DNA from: Armatimonadota bacterium | GTDB lineage: Bacteria > Armatimonadota > HRBIN16 | Assembly (NCBI GenBank): GCA_049969495.1 | Contig: JBMFOT010000004.1 | Location: 11,906 to 75,905 of the forward strand | Direction: 5' to 3' | DNA: 64,000 bases | Shown here: piece by piece, positions 1-9,018 of the stretch | How positions within the stretch are numbered: position 1 is the first letter of the stretch | Layout: the number at the start of each line of letters is the position of its first letter | Notes under the pieces: generated by a model | Told to the model about the DNA's origin: nothing | Databases searched by the model: none | Seen by the model: the letters and a program-made list of their open reading frames with translations, nothing else | Position numbers and translations under genes: made by a program

Positions 1-390
1 CAGATTGTGGGCACGATTAGGCTACGAGTACTGGGCGATGCATCTGGCTATCTAGTATGCTTTGTGCGCGACTGCACCTCTTGTATCCAAACAGACCTTG
101 CAGCCTTGCATCGTGAAGCGATAAAGTACGGCGTCGCTGTCGTCGTCATAATGCCTGCTACACCTAACAGCGAGACGCATCTGACAGGTGCAAACGGGGT
201 CATACCTGTTGTCGTAGATGGGGATGGGCAACTGACCACAAAATTCAATGCGGTTTGGAATGGGCGTACATACCTCCTCTCACCACAAGGAAGGCTCTTG
301 TGGGTGCAGAGGCGCTGGGGTCCGGGGTACCGACCCGATCGAGATGCGGGGTTGATAAAGTGCCTTCAGGAGCTGGGAGGAAAGCAATGA
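1..390 (+). CDS. thioredoxin-fold redoxin (TlpA/AhpC-TSA-like thiol-disulfide oxidoreductase), 5' end probably upstream of window
   Basis: CxxC motif (CTSC) followed by a redoxin-like core (VAVVVIMPAT...GVIPVVVDGDGQL...LLSPQGRLL). Reading frame is open to the window edge. Stop at 388-390 overlaps the next start. Confidence 0.5.
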   Translation, partial: QIVGTIRLRVLGDASGYLVCFVRDCTSCIQTDLAALHREAIKYGVAVVVIMPATPNSETHLTGANGVIPVVVDGDGQLTTKFNAVWNGRTYLLSPQGRLLWVQRRWGPGYRPDRDAGLIKCLQELGGKQ

Positions 391-986
391 GGCGGGTAGA
401 GGCATTTACCATTTTGGAACTGCTCGTGGTGGTTGCTATTATCGGTGTGCTGGCGGGCATTTTGCTGGTGGCTTTCCATGCAGCCAGAGAACGTTCCAAA
501 CTCACTGCTTGCCTTTCCAACCTGCGGCAGATTGGAACAGCTCTCAGTCTCTACCGGCAAGACTACGACGGGGCTGATGCGATTGCTGGGCATGAGATGG
601 AATACTGGCAGTTGGGCTTACCTTCTTTCTCTCAGTTTGAACAGTTTCGCAGGCAGTACGTGAAGGATGATAGGGTATTCCATTGCCCGGGCTATTTCGG
701 CTGGATAGACCCTTTTACCTATGTGGGGTTGCCCCTGCAACGTGTCAACACCTACCAGTGGTGTGTGGACAGTGAGGACATGCCTGTTCCTGAGGAGCAG
801 CGATTTGCGAAGAGGGTCGCCAGAATGGGAGACCGGGTTGTGGTGTGCATTTGTGAGGTGCATAATCCTCCCGCGTCCCTTGATGCCCCAAGTACCGCGC
901 GCAAGCGCGTGAACATCCTGCGTCTCAGCCAGCAAGTGGAATCAAAGTGGGTGCCACTCCGCTCCACAGTCGTGGAGGGTTGGTAA
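387..986 (+). CDS. prepilin-type N-terminal cleavage/methylation domain protein (DUF1559-like pseudopilin family)
   Basis: N-terminus MRRVEAFTILELLVVVAIIGVLAGILL is a class III (type IV pilin) signal with the invariant E after the cleavage site. ATG 387 overlaps the upstream stop (ATGA). Confidence 0.7.
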   Translation: MRRVEAFTILELLVVVAIIGVLAGILLVAFHAARERSKLTACLSNLRQIGTALSLYRQDYDGADAIAGHEMEYWQLGLPSFSQFEQFRRQYVKDDRVFHCPGYFGWIDPFTYVGLPLQRVNTYQWCVDSEDMPVPEEQRFAKRVARMGDRVVVCICEVHNPPASLDAPSTARKRVNILRLSQQVESKWVPLRSTVVEGW

Positions 987-1013
987 TATCGCTACATGAG
1001 GAGGGTATTGCAT

Positions 1014-1403
1014 ATGAGCATTCGCGAACAACACATCCTGAGGGTGCTGGATGCCGGTATACTCGCGGCCACGCTCCTTATCTTCTTTCAAGTAATGGGT
1101 GTACCTCAGGTTCTTACCTGTCCTGCACAAACCTGCGTGGGAACCAACCCGTGCCCTCCTGCAATCCCCAATCAGTGTGGCTTCACTGTTAGCGGCGTCT
1201 GGCCTGCCTGTGCGACACGTGAAGGCGGATGTTGCCAGTATGGCTGCAGAACGTGGAGGCTGACAGGGACAGCACCCGAATGTCAGAATGTGCAGTGGGT
1301 GATTTGTACGTTTGCCTCAGCCTTGGTTGGAGGGGTGTGCAGTTCGAATCAGTGCATAGAACCACAGCCTCCTCCGCCGCCACCGCCTCCTATTTACGTT
1401 TAA
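1014..1403 (+). CDS. hypothetical Cys-rich membrane-anchored protein with poly-proline C-terminus
   Basis: SD GAGGAGGG 9 nt upstream of ATG 1014. One TM helix, then a Cys-rich (12 Cys) segment ending PPPPPPPPPIYV. Confidence 0.45.
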   Translation: MSIREQHILRVLDAGILAATLLIFFQVMGVPQVLTCPAQTCVGTNPCPPAIPNQCGFTVSGVWPACATREGGCCQYGCRTWRLTGTAPECQNVQWVICTFASALVGGVCSSNQCIEPQPPPPPPPPIYV

Positions 1404-1470
1404 TGCTAAAAATCGGCTCGCTGGGGACGACATCTCCAGCAAGTCTTACCACAGGGGGTGTATCACGCTG

Positions 1471-2049
1471 GTGAGATGTTTTGGGTATCTGCGTAAATAC
1501 AGGGTTCACCTGTTGCTCGCAGGGGTAGGGATACTGGTCCTGGGCTATCTCCTGTACAGGTGGCTATCGCCGCCATCGGCGGAAGAAGTTATGCATGCCA
1601 CCCTGGTCGCGTTACAAAGAGGAGACGTACAAACACTATATCGCCTCACCCACCCCGAGGAGTTGCGCTCTTTGAACCTGACCCCGCAGGCAATAGACGC
1701 CCTGTTAAGAACCGGCGTCTGGTATAAAGGTTATCCCAAACCTCTGGGGAAACCGGTGTTGCCACAACCACAGCCTCGCGACCAGCTCCGTTGGCTCGTG
1801 CCTCTGTCGCAGAAACCGGACCTTGTCATCCCGGTTTATCAGTCCGAGGATGGCCGGTGGTATCTTTCTTTGAGCCAGATGATGGCGATGATGAATGCGC
1901 TGACCTACCGCTTGGACAACAGAGCGCCTTCCTACTGGACAGTGGCGGAACGCTACGGCGTGCCGGGCTACTATACGCAGAGCATCATAACGGGCGAAAG
2001 GAAGCTGGTGCGCCGGCCAGGTGCCTCATCCTCTTCAACGCCCCAGTGA
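1471..2049 (+). CDS. hypothetical signal-anchored protein
   Basis: Long ORF with an N-terminal TM helix (LLLAGVGILVLGYLLY). No recognisable domain. 3' end overlaps the convergent GT2 gene by 15 nt. Confidence 0.4.
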   Translation: MRCFGYLRKYRVHLLLAGVGILVLGYLLYRWLSPPSAEEVMHATLVALQRGDVQTLYRLTHPEELRSLNLTPQAIDALLRTGVWYKGYPKPLGKPVLPQPQPRDQLRWLVPLSQKPDLVIPVYQSEDGRWYLSLSQMMAMMNALTYRLDNRAPSYWTVAERYGVPGYYTQSIITGERKLVRRPGASSSSTPQ

Positions 2050-2889
2050 TGTAAAGTAACGCCTCCTCCAGAACACGAACGCGCTTCCTGCCCACGCTGT
2101 CGCCATCGCCAGACCAAGCCAGCCGACTGGACGATGCATCACCGTCAGCCAGGCAGATACTGCTATCAGCGTCAGCCACACTTGCCATCCGCGCCACCAC
2201 ATCAGCGAGACGGGCAACAGGTCCACTATCGCACGAAGGTACCGACTGGCTCCGAAACGGCTGCGCCCGCGACGACGCACCACGTGAGGAACTGGCGATT
2301 CACTCACGCGGTATCCCATTCGCGCTGCCAGGATGGGCAGGTAGCGGTGCATCTCGGAGACCATCCACCGCTGCAGGTTTTCTGCCACTTCGCGTTTCAT
2401 CGCTTTGGTGCCGCAGTTCACGTCGTGCAGAGGGATGCCCGTCAGCCAGTTCAGCACGGCGTTGAACAGGCGTGAGGCGAGCACCCGAAAAGGGGTATCT
2501 TGCCGCTGCTGTCGCCACGCCACCACCAGATGCGCCTCGCCGGACTGCACCCGCGAGATCAACATGGGCAACACTTCGGGAGGCTCCTGCAGGTCGGCGT
2601 CTGTGGTCACCAGGATACTTCCCCGCGCGATGGCGAAACCGGCGGACAGCGCGGCGGTCTTCCCGCGTCGGCGAGGCAGCCGCACCGCACGGACGCACAC
2701 CGGCTGAGGCTGTTGGAGCAATATCTCTAATTGTTCTGGCGTGCTGTCGGTGCTGCCGTCGTCCACGTAGATAATCTCGCCGGACATATCCATTCCCGTC
2801 AGCACCTTCGTCAGGCGTGCGTGCAGCTCCGGCAGGTTCGCCTCCTCGTTGTACATGGGCACGATAATGCTCGCCTGCGGCGCGCTCAT
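2035..2889 (-). CDS. GT2 polyprenol-phosphate glycosyltransferase (Dpm1/ArnC/GtrB-like) with C-terminal TM helices
   Basis: IIVPMYNEE...YVDDGSTD...TDADLQ GT-A motifs. C-terminal membrane helices typical of the ArnC/GtrB family. Confidence 0.8.
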   Translation of the reverse strand: MSAPQASIIVPMYNEEANLPELHARLTKVLTGMDMSGEIIYVDDGSTDSTPEQLEILLQQPQPVCVRAVRLPRRRGKTAALSAGFAIARGSILVTTDADLQEPPEVLPMLISRVQSGEAHLVVAWRQQRQDTPFRVLASRLFNAVLNWLTGIPLHDVNCGTKAMKREVAENLQRWMVSEMHRYLPILAARMGYRVSESPVPHVVRRRGRSRFGASRYLRAIVDLLPVSLMWWRGWQVWLTLIAVSAWLTVMHRPVGWLGLAMATAWAGSAFVFWRRRYFTSLGR

Positions 2890-4484
2890 TGTGGCTTCGC
2901 CTCCACCCGGAACAGGTCAAACTGCTCGCGGTAGCGGTCGGGTAGCCATCGGAAAGGGGGCGCGCCCCGGAGCGAAGCATAGAAGCCCGCCTTCGGTGGC
3001 AGGGTCGCCAGGTGCGCCGGTGCGGTCATCTTTACGCTGTCTTCGTACAGCAGATGCGGCACTAGGGAGGGAGGCACGATTGCATCGCCACCCTCTGTGG
3101 GTATCGCTACCAGAGTGCCCTCGGCGGGCAGGCGGTTTGCGCTCACCTGCTGTAATCCGGCACGTCGGGCGTAGTACATCCACCCCCAGTGCCCCACGAA
3201 TGCCTGCGCACCGTGTTCCTTCGCCAGCAACTGCGCCCCCCGTCGATACACATCCGCTATCTGCATGTCGCACCAGCCTGCGTAGATGCCGAAGGCGGCT
3301 TGTAGCGCTGCTACCGTCGAAAGGGTCAGCCGTTTGCCCCAGCGCCACTGCCCCTCGGGAAGCCACAACAACACCAGCGGCGGAATGGCAGGCAGGAGAT
3401 GCCTCGCTGCGGCGAAGGGCGCACCAACGCCAATCGCGAGGAGCACCCACGCCGTCCACAGCACAGGGAAAGCCTGCTCTCGCCACGCTTCCCACGCGCG
3501 GAAGAGGGTCAAGACCAGCAGGAACGCCCCCGCCGCGTTCCAGAAGGCGGCTTCCGCGTCCCCTGCAGGCATGAACTGCTGCCATCGCCACCAGCCCACA
3601 GCCAGTGCGACTATCAGCGCGAGCACAAACACCTGTCGCCGTTTGCAGACGATGCCTGCCCAAAGCCATAAGAGCCACACTCCACCCAACCCTGCCAGCG
3701 TGCCCCACAGCCGATCACCAAGAGGCGTGCTGACATCGGAACGCTGCATGGTTGTCCAGAAGTGCAGCCGTCCGTGCACCAGCAGGTTCTGCGCGCACCA
3801 CAGGGCGAAAGGCAATAATGCAAGCATCCCCCACCACAGATGGCGAGGGCGTCTCTGCAGGAGCGCGTACGCTCCCAGTAACACCACTGCTCCCAGTGCC
3901 GAGTACTTCATCAATGCAGCACAGCCGGTTACCAGCGCGCCCCAGCCCATACGCCGGCTGTCTCCGGTATCACTACCCAGCACGAACCACGCTGTACCCA
4001 GCGTCCACAGGGCGACCATTGGCACATCGCGCATCAGGTTGGGGGAGACGATGGTTGCCGGATTCAGCATCACCAGTGCGGTGGCAAAGGTTTCATTGAC
4101 CTCAAAACGCCGTGCCAGCAGCAGCACACCCCACCAGAGCAAAATCTGCCATAGGAGCATGGCGGTATGCATCAGCCACTCGCGCTCTCCGCCAGCGAGT
4201 ATCCACAGGGCGAGATAGTAGCTGAGCAGTGGCGGGTTGGTGGTGACGTGGAAGGTGGGTTTGACCGCGCCGTCCCAGTCCAGCTCGCCGGAAAGCGGAT
4301 TCAGCGGGTTTCGCAGCACCTGCTGGGCGATATGCAGTACCACCGTGTCGTCGACGTGAAAGGGTTTCTGGATGAAGGCAATTTGAACGCTCAGTGCAAC
4401 CACCAGCACCCACCACGCGCCGGTAGGCACAGGACGATGAAGTACTTGCTGCGGTACACTCTCTGTCGCTTGCTGCTTGCCCAT
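2886..4484 (-). CDS. GT-C fold polyprenol-phosphate-sugar dependent glycosyltransferase (PMT/ArnT-like, GT39/GT83)
   Basis: Polytopic membrane protein (more than 10 TM helices) with a DD motif in the first loop (FHVDDTVV). 4-nt overlap with the upstream GT2 gene. ATG at 4484 has a better SD than the GTG at 4580. Confidence 0.7.
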   Translation of the reverse strand: MGKQQATESVPQQVLHRPVPTGAWWVLVVALSVQIAFIQKPFHVDDTVVLHIAQQVLRNPLNPLSGELDWDGAVKPTFHVTTNPPLLSYYLALWILAGGEREWLMHTAMLLWQILLWWGVLLLARRFEVNETFATALVMLNPATIVSPNLMRDVPMVALWTLGTAWFVLGSDTGDSRRMGWGALVTGCAALMKYSALGAVVLLGAYALLQRRPRHLWWGMLALLPFALWCAQNLLVHGRLHFWTTMQRSDVSTPLGDRLWGTLAGLGGVWLLWLWAGIVCKRRQVFVLALIVALAVGWWRWQQFMPAGDAEAAFWNAAGAFLLVLTLFRAWEAWREQAFPVLWTAWVLLAIGVGAPFAAARHLLPAIPPLVLLWLPEGQWRWGKRLTLSTVAALQAAFGIYAGWCDMQIADVYRRGAQLLAKEHGAQAFVGHWGWMYYARRAGLQQVSANRLPAEGTLVAIPTEGGDAIVPPSLVPHLLYEDSVKMTAPAHLATLPPKAGFYASLRGAPPFRWLPDRYREQFDLFRVEAKPQ

Positions 4485-4602
4485 AGTATTCCCTAACGCA
4501 ATTCTTTTCCCCGCCGTCCGGTAGAGAATCCTGCCAAACAGGAACTTCCTTGTCCTTTGTGAAACTGTATCCGTACCCACTTTACCAACGAGGAGCAGGA
4601 GA

Positions 4603-5409
4603 ATGGGTTCATTGAAGATTGGAGTTGCGCTGTGGTCGCTGTCGGCAGGGGAGACGGAGGAGAGGCTGGTGAACGCTTTGCAGACGGCGGCGGAGCTAGG
4701 TTTTCAGGGAGTGCAGCTGTGGAACGTTGCCAGCTACGGACCCTGTGTGTTAGACCCCGATAACTGCCAGGGCGCGCAGCGTGCTGAGTGGCGCAGGCGG
4801 GTGGAATCGTTCGGGTTGCAAATCAGTGGATTCTGTGCGCAAATGTCCGGTCCCACGCGCTTTGGCGGATTCGATGAGGCGGAGGGCATCGAGGAACGCA
4901 TCGCAAAGACGCAACGGTGTATCGAACTGGCGGTAGACATGGGCTCGCCAATTGTCACGACACACCCGGGCGTTATCCCTGAGCATAAGAGCGACCCTAT
5001 CTACCCCATTATTCGCGGCGCGATAGAGCAGGTAGCCAAACACGCCGAGAAGGTGGGAGGCATCTTCTGCATCGAGACGGGCATGGAGCCTGCGTCCGTG
5101 TTGAGGCAGTTTATTGAGGACATCGGCAGTCCTGCGCTGAGGGTGAACTACGACCCGGCGAACATGCTGTGGTATGGTGTGCTGGAGGGTGTGCGTGAGC
5201 TGGCTCCGTATATCGTGCACACGCACGCCAAAGACCGCCATCCCGATACGGGCAAACCCACCGTCGGGCAAGGGGCGGTGCCGTGGGACGAGTATATCGC
5301 CCTGCTGAAGTCCATTGGTTACGATGGGTGGTATGCGGTGGAAGACGAAAGCGGGCAAGATGTGGTAGAGTCTTTACGGCAGGGGCGAGAGTTTTTGGAA
5401 CGGTATTAA
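4603..5409 (+). CDS. sugar phosphate isomerase/epimerase (xylose-isomerase-like TIM barrel)
   Basis: GVALWSLS...GFQGVQLW...HPG...IETGMEP...YDPANM...HTHAKD motifs of the AP-endonuclease 2 / xylose isomerase-like fold. SD GGAGCAGGAG upstream. Confidence 0.75.
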   Translation: MGSLKIGVALWSLSAGETEERLVNALQTAAELGFQGVQLWNVASYGPCVLDPDNCQGAQRAEWRRRVESFGLQISGFCAQMSGPTRFGGFDEAEGIEERIAKTQRCIELAVDMGSPIVTTHPGVIPEHKSDPIYPIIRGAIEQVAKHAEKVGGIFCIETGMEPASVLRQFIEDIGSPALRVNYDPANMLWYGVLEGVRELAPYIVHTHAKDRHPDTGKPTVGQGAVPWDEYIALLKSIGYDGWYAVEDESGQDVVESLRQGREFLERY

Positions 5410-5412
5410 GCG

Positions 5413-5691
5413 ATGAATCAGAACATACGCTGTCCGAAGTGTGCGGCAGAGGTCAACGATCCCACGCAGCCGTGTCCGCAGTGCGGTTATGTGATCGAGC
5501 ATCCCCAGCGCAAGCGGTACCAGAGGCAGGTGATAGCATCTGGGGTAACGGTATTGCTGGGCTATGCGCTGGGAATGGCAGGCACAGCAACGCGATTGGA
5601 TGTACTGGGCATTACAGGGCTGGCGATGGGTTTTGTAGGTGGAGTGTGGCTGATGGTGTCGCTCTACCTTCTGCTGCGTACAGGGGTATGA
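5413..5691 (+). CDS. zinc-ribbon domain membrane protein
   Basis: CPKC...CPQC double CxxC at the N-terminus, followed by two TM helices. Confidence 0.5.
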   Translation: MNQNIRCPKCAAEVNDPTQPCPQCGYVIEHPQRKRYQRQVIASGVTVLLGYALGMAGTATRLDVLGITGLAMGFVGGVWLMVSLYLLLRTGV

Positions 5692-5701
5692 ACGGATACG
5701 G

Positions 5702-5731
5702 TTGACGCCGTGTCTGGTGGCAGGTTATAAT
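5702..5731 (+). promoter_or_regulatory. near-consensus sigma70 promoter upstream of the CelD-like GNAT operon
   Basis: TTGACG (5702-5707), 18 nt, TATAAT (5726-5731), then GGAGG at 5744-5748. Confidence 0.5.
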
Positions 5732-5756
5732 CAGTCGGCAAGAGGAGGAGGCTGGC

Positions 5757-6824
5757 ATTCGCGTCGTCGTTGCTGGTGAGGATTGGGAGCAGAGCCTGTG
5801 CTCCGTGTGGCGCGAGCTACAGGCGGTGAACCCGCAGGTTTCGCCTTTTCAGACGTGGGAGTGGGCGAGTCTGTGGTGGAAGCACTTTGGCAAGGGCAAA
5901 AGGGCGCAGGTGCTGTGCGTGCAGGAGGGCGGCGAAACGGTAGGCGTTGCCCCGTTGTATGCCAGCCGGACGGGCATGGGTAGAATGCTACGCTGGATGG
6001 GCACGGGCATTTCGGACAGGCTGGGCATCATCGCGGCGCCTGAATGTGAACGAACGGTTGCCGAGCGGGTGGCGGATTGGCTGGAAAGCTGGTGCTGCGC
6101 CGACCTGCACCAGATGGCGGACGGCTCGTGGATGGCTCGTGCTGCGGAGGCGCGAGGCTGGCACGTAGTGGGGCAAGAGAAGTGTCCGTATGTGGTGTTG
6201 CCCGAAACGTGGGATGCCTACTGGGGGTCTTTAAGTAAAAAGACGCGCTTCAACCTCGGCTATGCCCAGAGGCAGATGCAACGAGATTTCGGTGATGTGC
6301 GCCTGGATACCGCCGATTCAGAGGAGCTGCCAGCCGTGCTGGAGGCGTTGTTCGACCTGCACACGCGCCGGTGGCGACAGCGGATGTTGCCCGGGGGGTT
6401 CTTCCATCCGCGTGTGCGGCAGTTCCATCGCGAATGGGCGCAGTGTGCTTTGCGCAATGACTGGTTACGCCTTCACACGCTGTGGGCGGGCGGAGTGGTT
6501 CGGGCGGTGCTGTACGTATTTCACTTTGGGCGGCGTGCGTATTACTATCTGGGGGGCTTTGACCCCGTGCTGGCTCGCTATAGCATGGGTACGGTGCTGA
6601 CCGCCTACGCCATCCGTCGGGCGATAGAGGAGGGCTGTGTGGTGTTTGACTTCCTGCGCGGCGACGAGCCGTACAAGTATCGGTGGAAGCCACGCATCCA
6701 GTGGCATCGGCGGGCGTGCTCTGCGCGAGGTGCACTTGCATGGGCATGGCGCAAACGGGTAGACTGGGAAACCCGCTTGTGGTGGTGGCTACAGGCGCGT
6801 TTACACGGGAAGGGGGCATCGTAG
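5757..6824 (+). CDS. GNAT-fold acetyltransferase, CelD/BioF2-like (Acetyltransf_6)
   Basis: N-terminal WEW..LWWKHFG and C-terminal GGFDP...YKYRWKP motifs of the CelD-like family. First canonical in-frame start is GTG 5805. A strong SD (GGAGG at 5744-5748) sits 8 nt before an in-frame ATT at 5757, and the family N-terminus is encoded between 5757 and 5805. Confidence 0.65.
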   Translation: MRVVVAGEDWEQSLCSVWRELQAVNPQVSPFQTWEWASLWWKHFGKGKRAQVLCVQEGGETVGVAPLYASRTGMGRMLRWMGTGISDRLGIIAAPECERTVAERVADWLESWCCADLHQMADGSWMARAAEARGWHVVGQEKCPYVVLPETWDAYWGSLSKKTRFNLGYAQRQMQRDFGDVRLDTADSEELPAVLEALFDLHTRRWRQRMLPGGFFHPRVRQFHREWAQCALRNDWLRLHTLWAGGVVRAVLYVFHFGRRAYYYLGGFDPVLARYSMGTVLTAYAIRRAIEEGCVVFDFLRGDEPYKYRWKPRIQWHRRACSARGALAWAWRKRVDWETRLWWWLQARLHGKGAS

Positions 6825-7193
6825 ATGCGGTTTATCACGTTTCTGCTGGCGGTGGCGGCGTGTGCGGGGGTAGTGTATAATACTCAGCAGCTGCGTGAGC
6901 TTCGCCAGCAGGTGGAGCAGATACAGGTGAAGCTTGCCAGCCAGCAGAAGGGTACGGAACCTGCAGGCATCGCCGAGGCGAAGCAGCGTCTCCAGCGTGC
7001 TGTGCAGCTGATGAGCGCAGGGAAGCTGGATGAGGCGAAGAGGGAGCTGGAACAGGGCAGTAAAGCGCTTGCGGCGGTTGCGAACCGAAACGGCGATACC
7101 CAGCATACCCTTCGGCAGTTGCAACAGATGATGGAGAGCGCACGCAAGGAGCTGGCGCGCTTCTGGTCAGGCAAACAGGAGAAAACGCCATGA
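6825..7193 (+). CDS. hypothetical signal-anchored coiled-coil protein
   Basis: Starts 1 nt after the upstream stop. N-terminal hydrophobic helix, then a Q/E/K-rich coiled-coil. Overlaps the next start (ATGA). Confidence 0.5.
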   Translation: MRFITFLLAVAACAGVVYNTQQLRELRQQVEQIQVKLASQQKGTEPAGIAEAKQRLQRAVQLMSAGKLDEAKRELEQGSKALAAVANRNGDTQHTLRQLQQMMESARKELARFWSGKQEKTP

Positions 7194-7966
7194 CACGCAC
7201 AGCATGGTTCGGGCGGATTGGGTTGCTTTTTCTCGTCGTGTCGGCGATGCTCTCGCTCATGAGCTGTCGCGGCACGAACCTGCTGAGCAAGCAGGACGAG
7301 ATTCAGATCGGCAAAGAGGGCTCGGCGGCAATTGAGAAGGAGTACAAGCTGGACACCAACCCCGAGCGCGTGGCACTGGTGCAGGAAATCGGGCAGCGTG
7401 TGCTACAGGGAATGCGCCAGACGGAAGGCAAGCGCGCGCCGGATTTCCCCTTCACCTTCAAGGTGCTCGATAGCAAGGAGATAAACGCGGTCTCTTTGCC
7501 AGGGGGTCCGGTGTACGTTTTTCGCGGGTTGATGGAGCAAGTTGGCGACGACAGGGACATGCTGGCGGCGGTAATTGCGCACGAGGTAGGGCACATCGTG
7601 GCGCATCACGCGGCAAAGCAGATTTCCAGCAGCATTCTGGCGGACATCGCTATCTCGCTGGGCACGAAGGGCAGCGCACAGAAGGTGGCAAGCATTGCTA
7701 CCTCGCTAGTGATGCTACAATACAGCCGCGACGACGAGTACGATGCCGACCGTCGAGGCATCCTGTACACCCATGCTGCCGGTTACGATCCGGAAGGGCT
7801 GGTGCGCTTCTTCGAGAAGCTGCAGAAGCTGGAGAAAAGCCCCATGAAGGGACTGCTGGCGAACTTGCGCACCCACCCGCTGACAGAGAACCGCATCCTG
7901 CGGGCGAAGAAGCTGATTGCCCAGTTGCCTGATCGACAATCTCCGAGCGCGGCGCCGGGGCAATGA
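7190..7966 (+). CDS. M48 family zinc metallopeptidase lipoprotein
   Basis: Lipobox LMSC. HEVGH zinc motif with downstream E...D ligands (M48/Ste24-like). Confidence 0.8.
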   Translation: MTRTAWFGRIGLLFLVVSAMLSLMSCRGTNLLSKQDEIQIGKEGSAAIEKEYKLDTNPERVALVQEIGQRVLQGMRQTEGKRAPDFPFTFKVLDSKEINAVSLPGGPVYVFRGLMEQVGDDRDMLAAVIAHEVGHIVAHHAAKQISSSILADIAISLGTKGSAQKVASIATSLVMLQYSRDDEYDADRRGILYTHAAGYDPEGLVRFFEKLQKLEKSPMKGLLANLRTHPLTENRILRAKKLIAQLPDRQSPSAAPGQ

Positions 7967-8640
7967 GAGTTACCGCTATCATCCCCGCCTACAACGAGGA
8001 GACACGCCTGCCCCGAGTGCTGGAGGCGGTGCGCGCGGCGTCGCTGGTGGACGACATCGTGGTGGTCAGCGATGGTTCTCTGGACGGCACTTATGAGGTT
8101 GCTCGCCGCTTCGACGGGGTGCGTGCGCTACAGCTTCCTCAGAATCTCGGCAAGGGGGGAGCGATGCATGTCGGAGCGTGCCATACCGATTCGCCGGTGA
8201 TTGTGTTTCTGGACGCCGATTTGATTGGGCTGACCCCCGAACACGTGGATAGCCTTGTGGAGCCGGTGCGCTATGGCGACGCCGATATGACGCTTGGGGT
8301 GTTTCGTGGTGGCAGACGTGCTACCGACCTCGCGCAGAAGCTGTTTCCCTTCGTGAGCGGTCAGCGGGCTATTCGGCGGGAGCTGTTTCTGGAGGTGCCC
8401 AACGTGCAGTTCGCCCGCTTTGGCGTGGAGACGCAAATCACACGCTGGGCGGTGCGCCAGCGGTGGCGGGTACAGTATGTCGCGCTATATGGCGTCACGC
8501 ATCCGATGAAGGAGGAGAAGCTGGGGCGACTGCGCGGCACGGTCGCTCGCCTGCGCATGTATGCCGATATCGCTCGCATCCTGCTGGACGGGCGCGCCCC
8601 TGCTCAGGCGAGACGACTGTTTCGGCTGAAGAATAAGTAG
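7963..8640 (+). CDS. GT2 family glycosyltransferase
   Basis: IIPAYNEE...VVSDGSLDGT...LDADL GT-A motifs. Start overlaps the upstream stop. Confidence 0.75.
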   Translation: MRVTAIIPAYNEETRLPRVLEAVRAASLVDDIVVVSDGSLDGTYEVARRFDGVRALQLPQNLGKGGAMHVGACHTDSPVIVFLDADLIGLTPEHVDSLVEPVRYGDADMTLGVFRGGRRATDLAQKLFPFVSGQRAIRRELFLEVPNVQFARFGVETQITRWAVRQRWRVQYVALYGVTHPMKEEKLGRLRGTVARLRMYADIARILLDGRAPAQARRLFRLKNK

Positions 8641-8655
8641 CAGGGGGCGTGTGCG

Positions 8656-8841
8656 CTAGTACAAGTGCGCGGTCATTCCATTGCAGAGAAGCACACCATT
8701 GACGGATAAAGTCGTTCCCATCCTCTGTACGATTTGAATGTCGAGTTGGGAGTAATCCTGTTTCAGCTTTTGGAGCTCTGCTGCCCACTGCGGATTTTTC
8801 TCCACAAAGGTATAGCTATCGAACTTCTTTTCGATGTCCAA
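8656..8841 (-). CDS. small hypothetical protein in low-GC segment (TTG start)
   Basis: 61-codon ORF with protein-like composition inside a roughly 48% GC island. No SD. Weak support. Confidence 0.2.
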   Translation of the reverse strand: MDIEKKFDSYTFVEKNPQWAAELQKLKQDYSQLDIQIVQRMGTTLSVNGVLLCNGMTAHLY

Positions 8842-8970
8842 CGCAACCCGGGGACTGCCTTCGCAGGATTCGTGCCAACGCCAGTTGGCTTCGCCACAGG
8901 AGAACGGCTTCAGCTGTGCGGGGACACCTCAACAGCTCGGACGGAGCCTCGCCCTCTCATTAGAAAAGGT

Positions 8971-9000
8971 TGACAAATGTCTGCTTTTCTGCTGTACAGG
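8971..9000 (+). promoter_or_regulatory. candidate promoter of the phage head module
   Basis: TTGACA at 8971-8976 followed by a weak -10 (TGTACA). It lies 20-45 nt upstream of the SD GGAAGGAGGTGA and ATG 9019. Confidence 0.25.
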
Positions 9001-9018
9001 GTGGAAGGAGGTGAGCGC

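Noticed and set aside
2300-4218. Several 200-310-aa ORFs (2300..2980 minus, 2849..3574 plus, 2917..3708 minus, 3286..4218 plus)
   Set aside because: Overlap the well-supported GT2 and GT-C genes in other frames. Compositionally biased. High-GC artefacts.
8834-9018. N-terminal extension of the gpI-like ORF
   Set aside because: A strong SD sits immediately before ATG 9019. The upstream part has no SD and lies in the low-GC non-coding segment.
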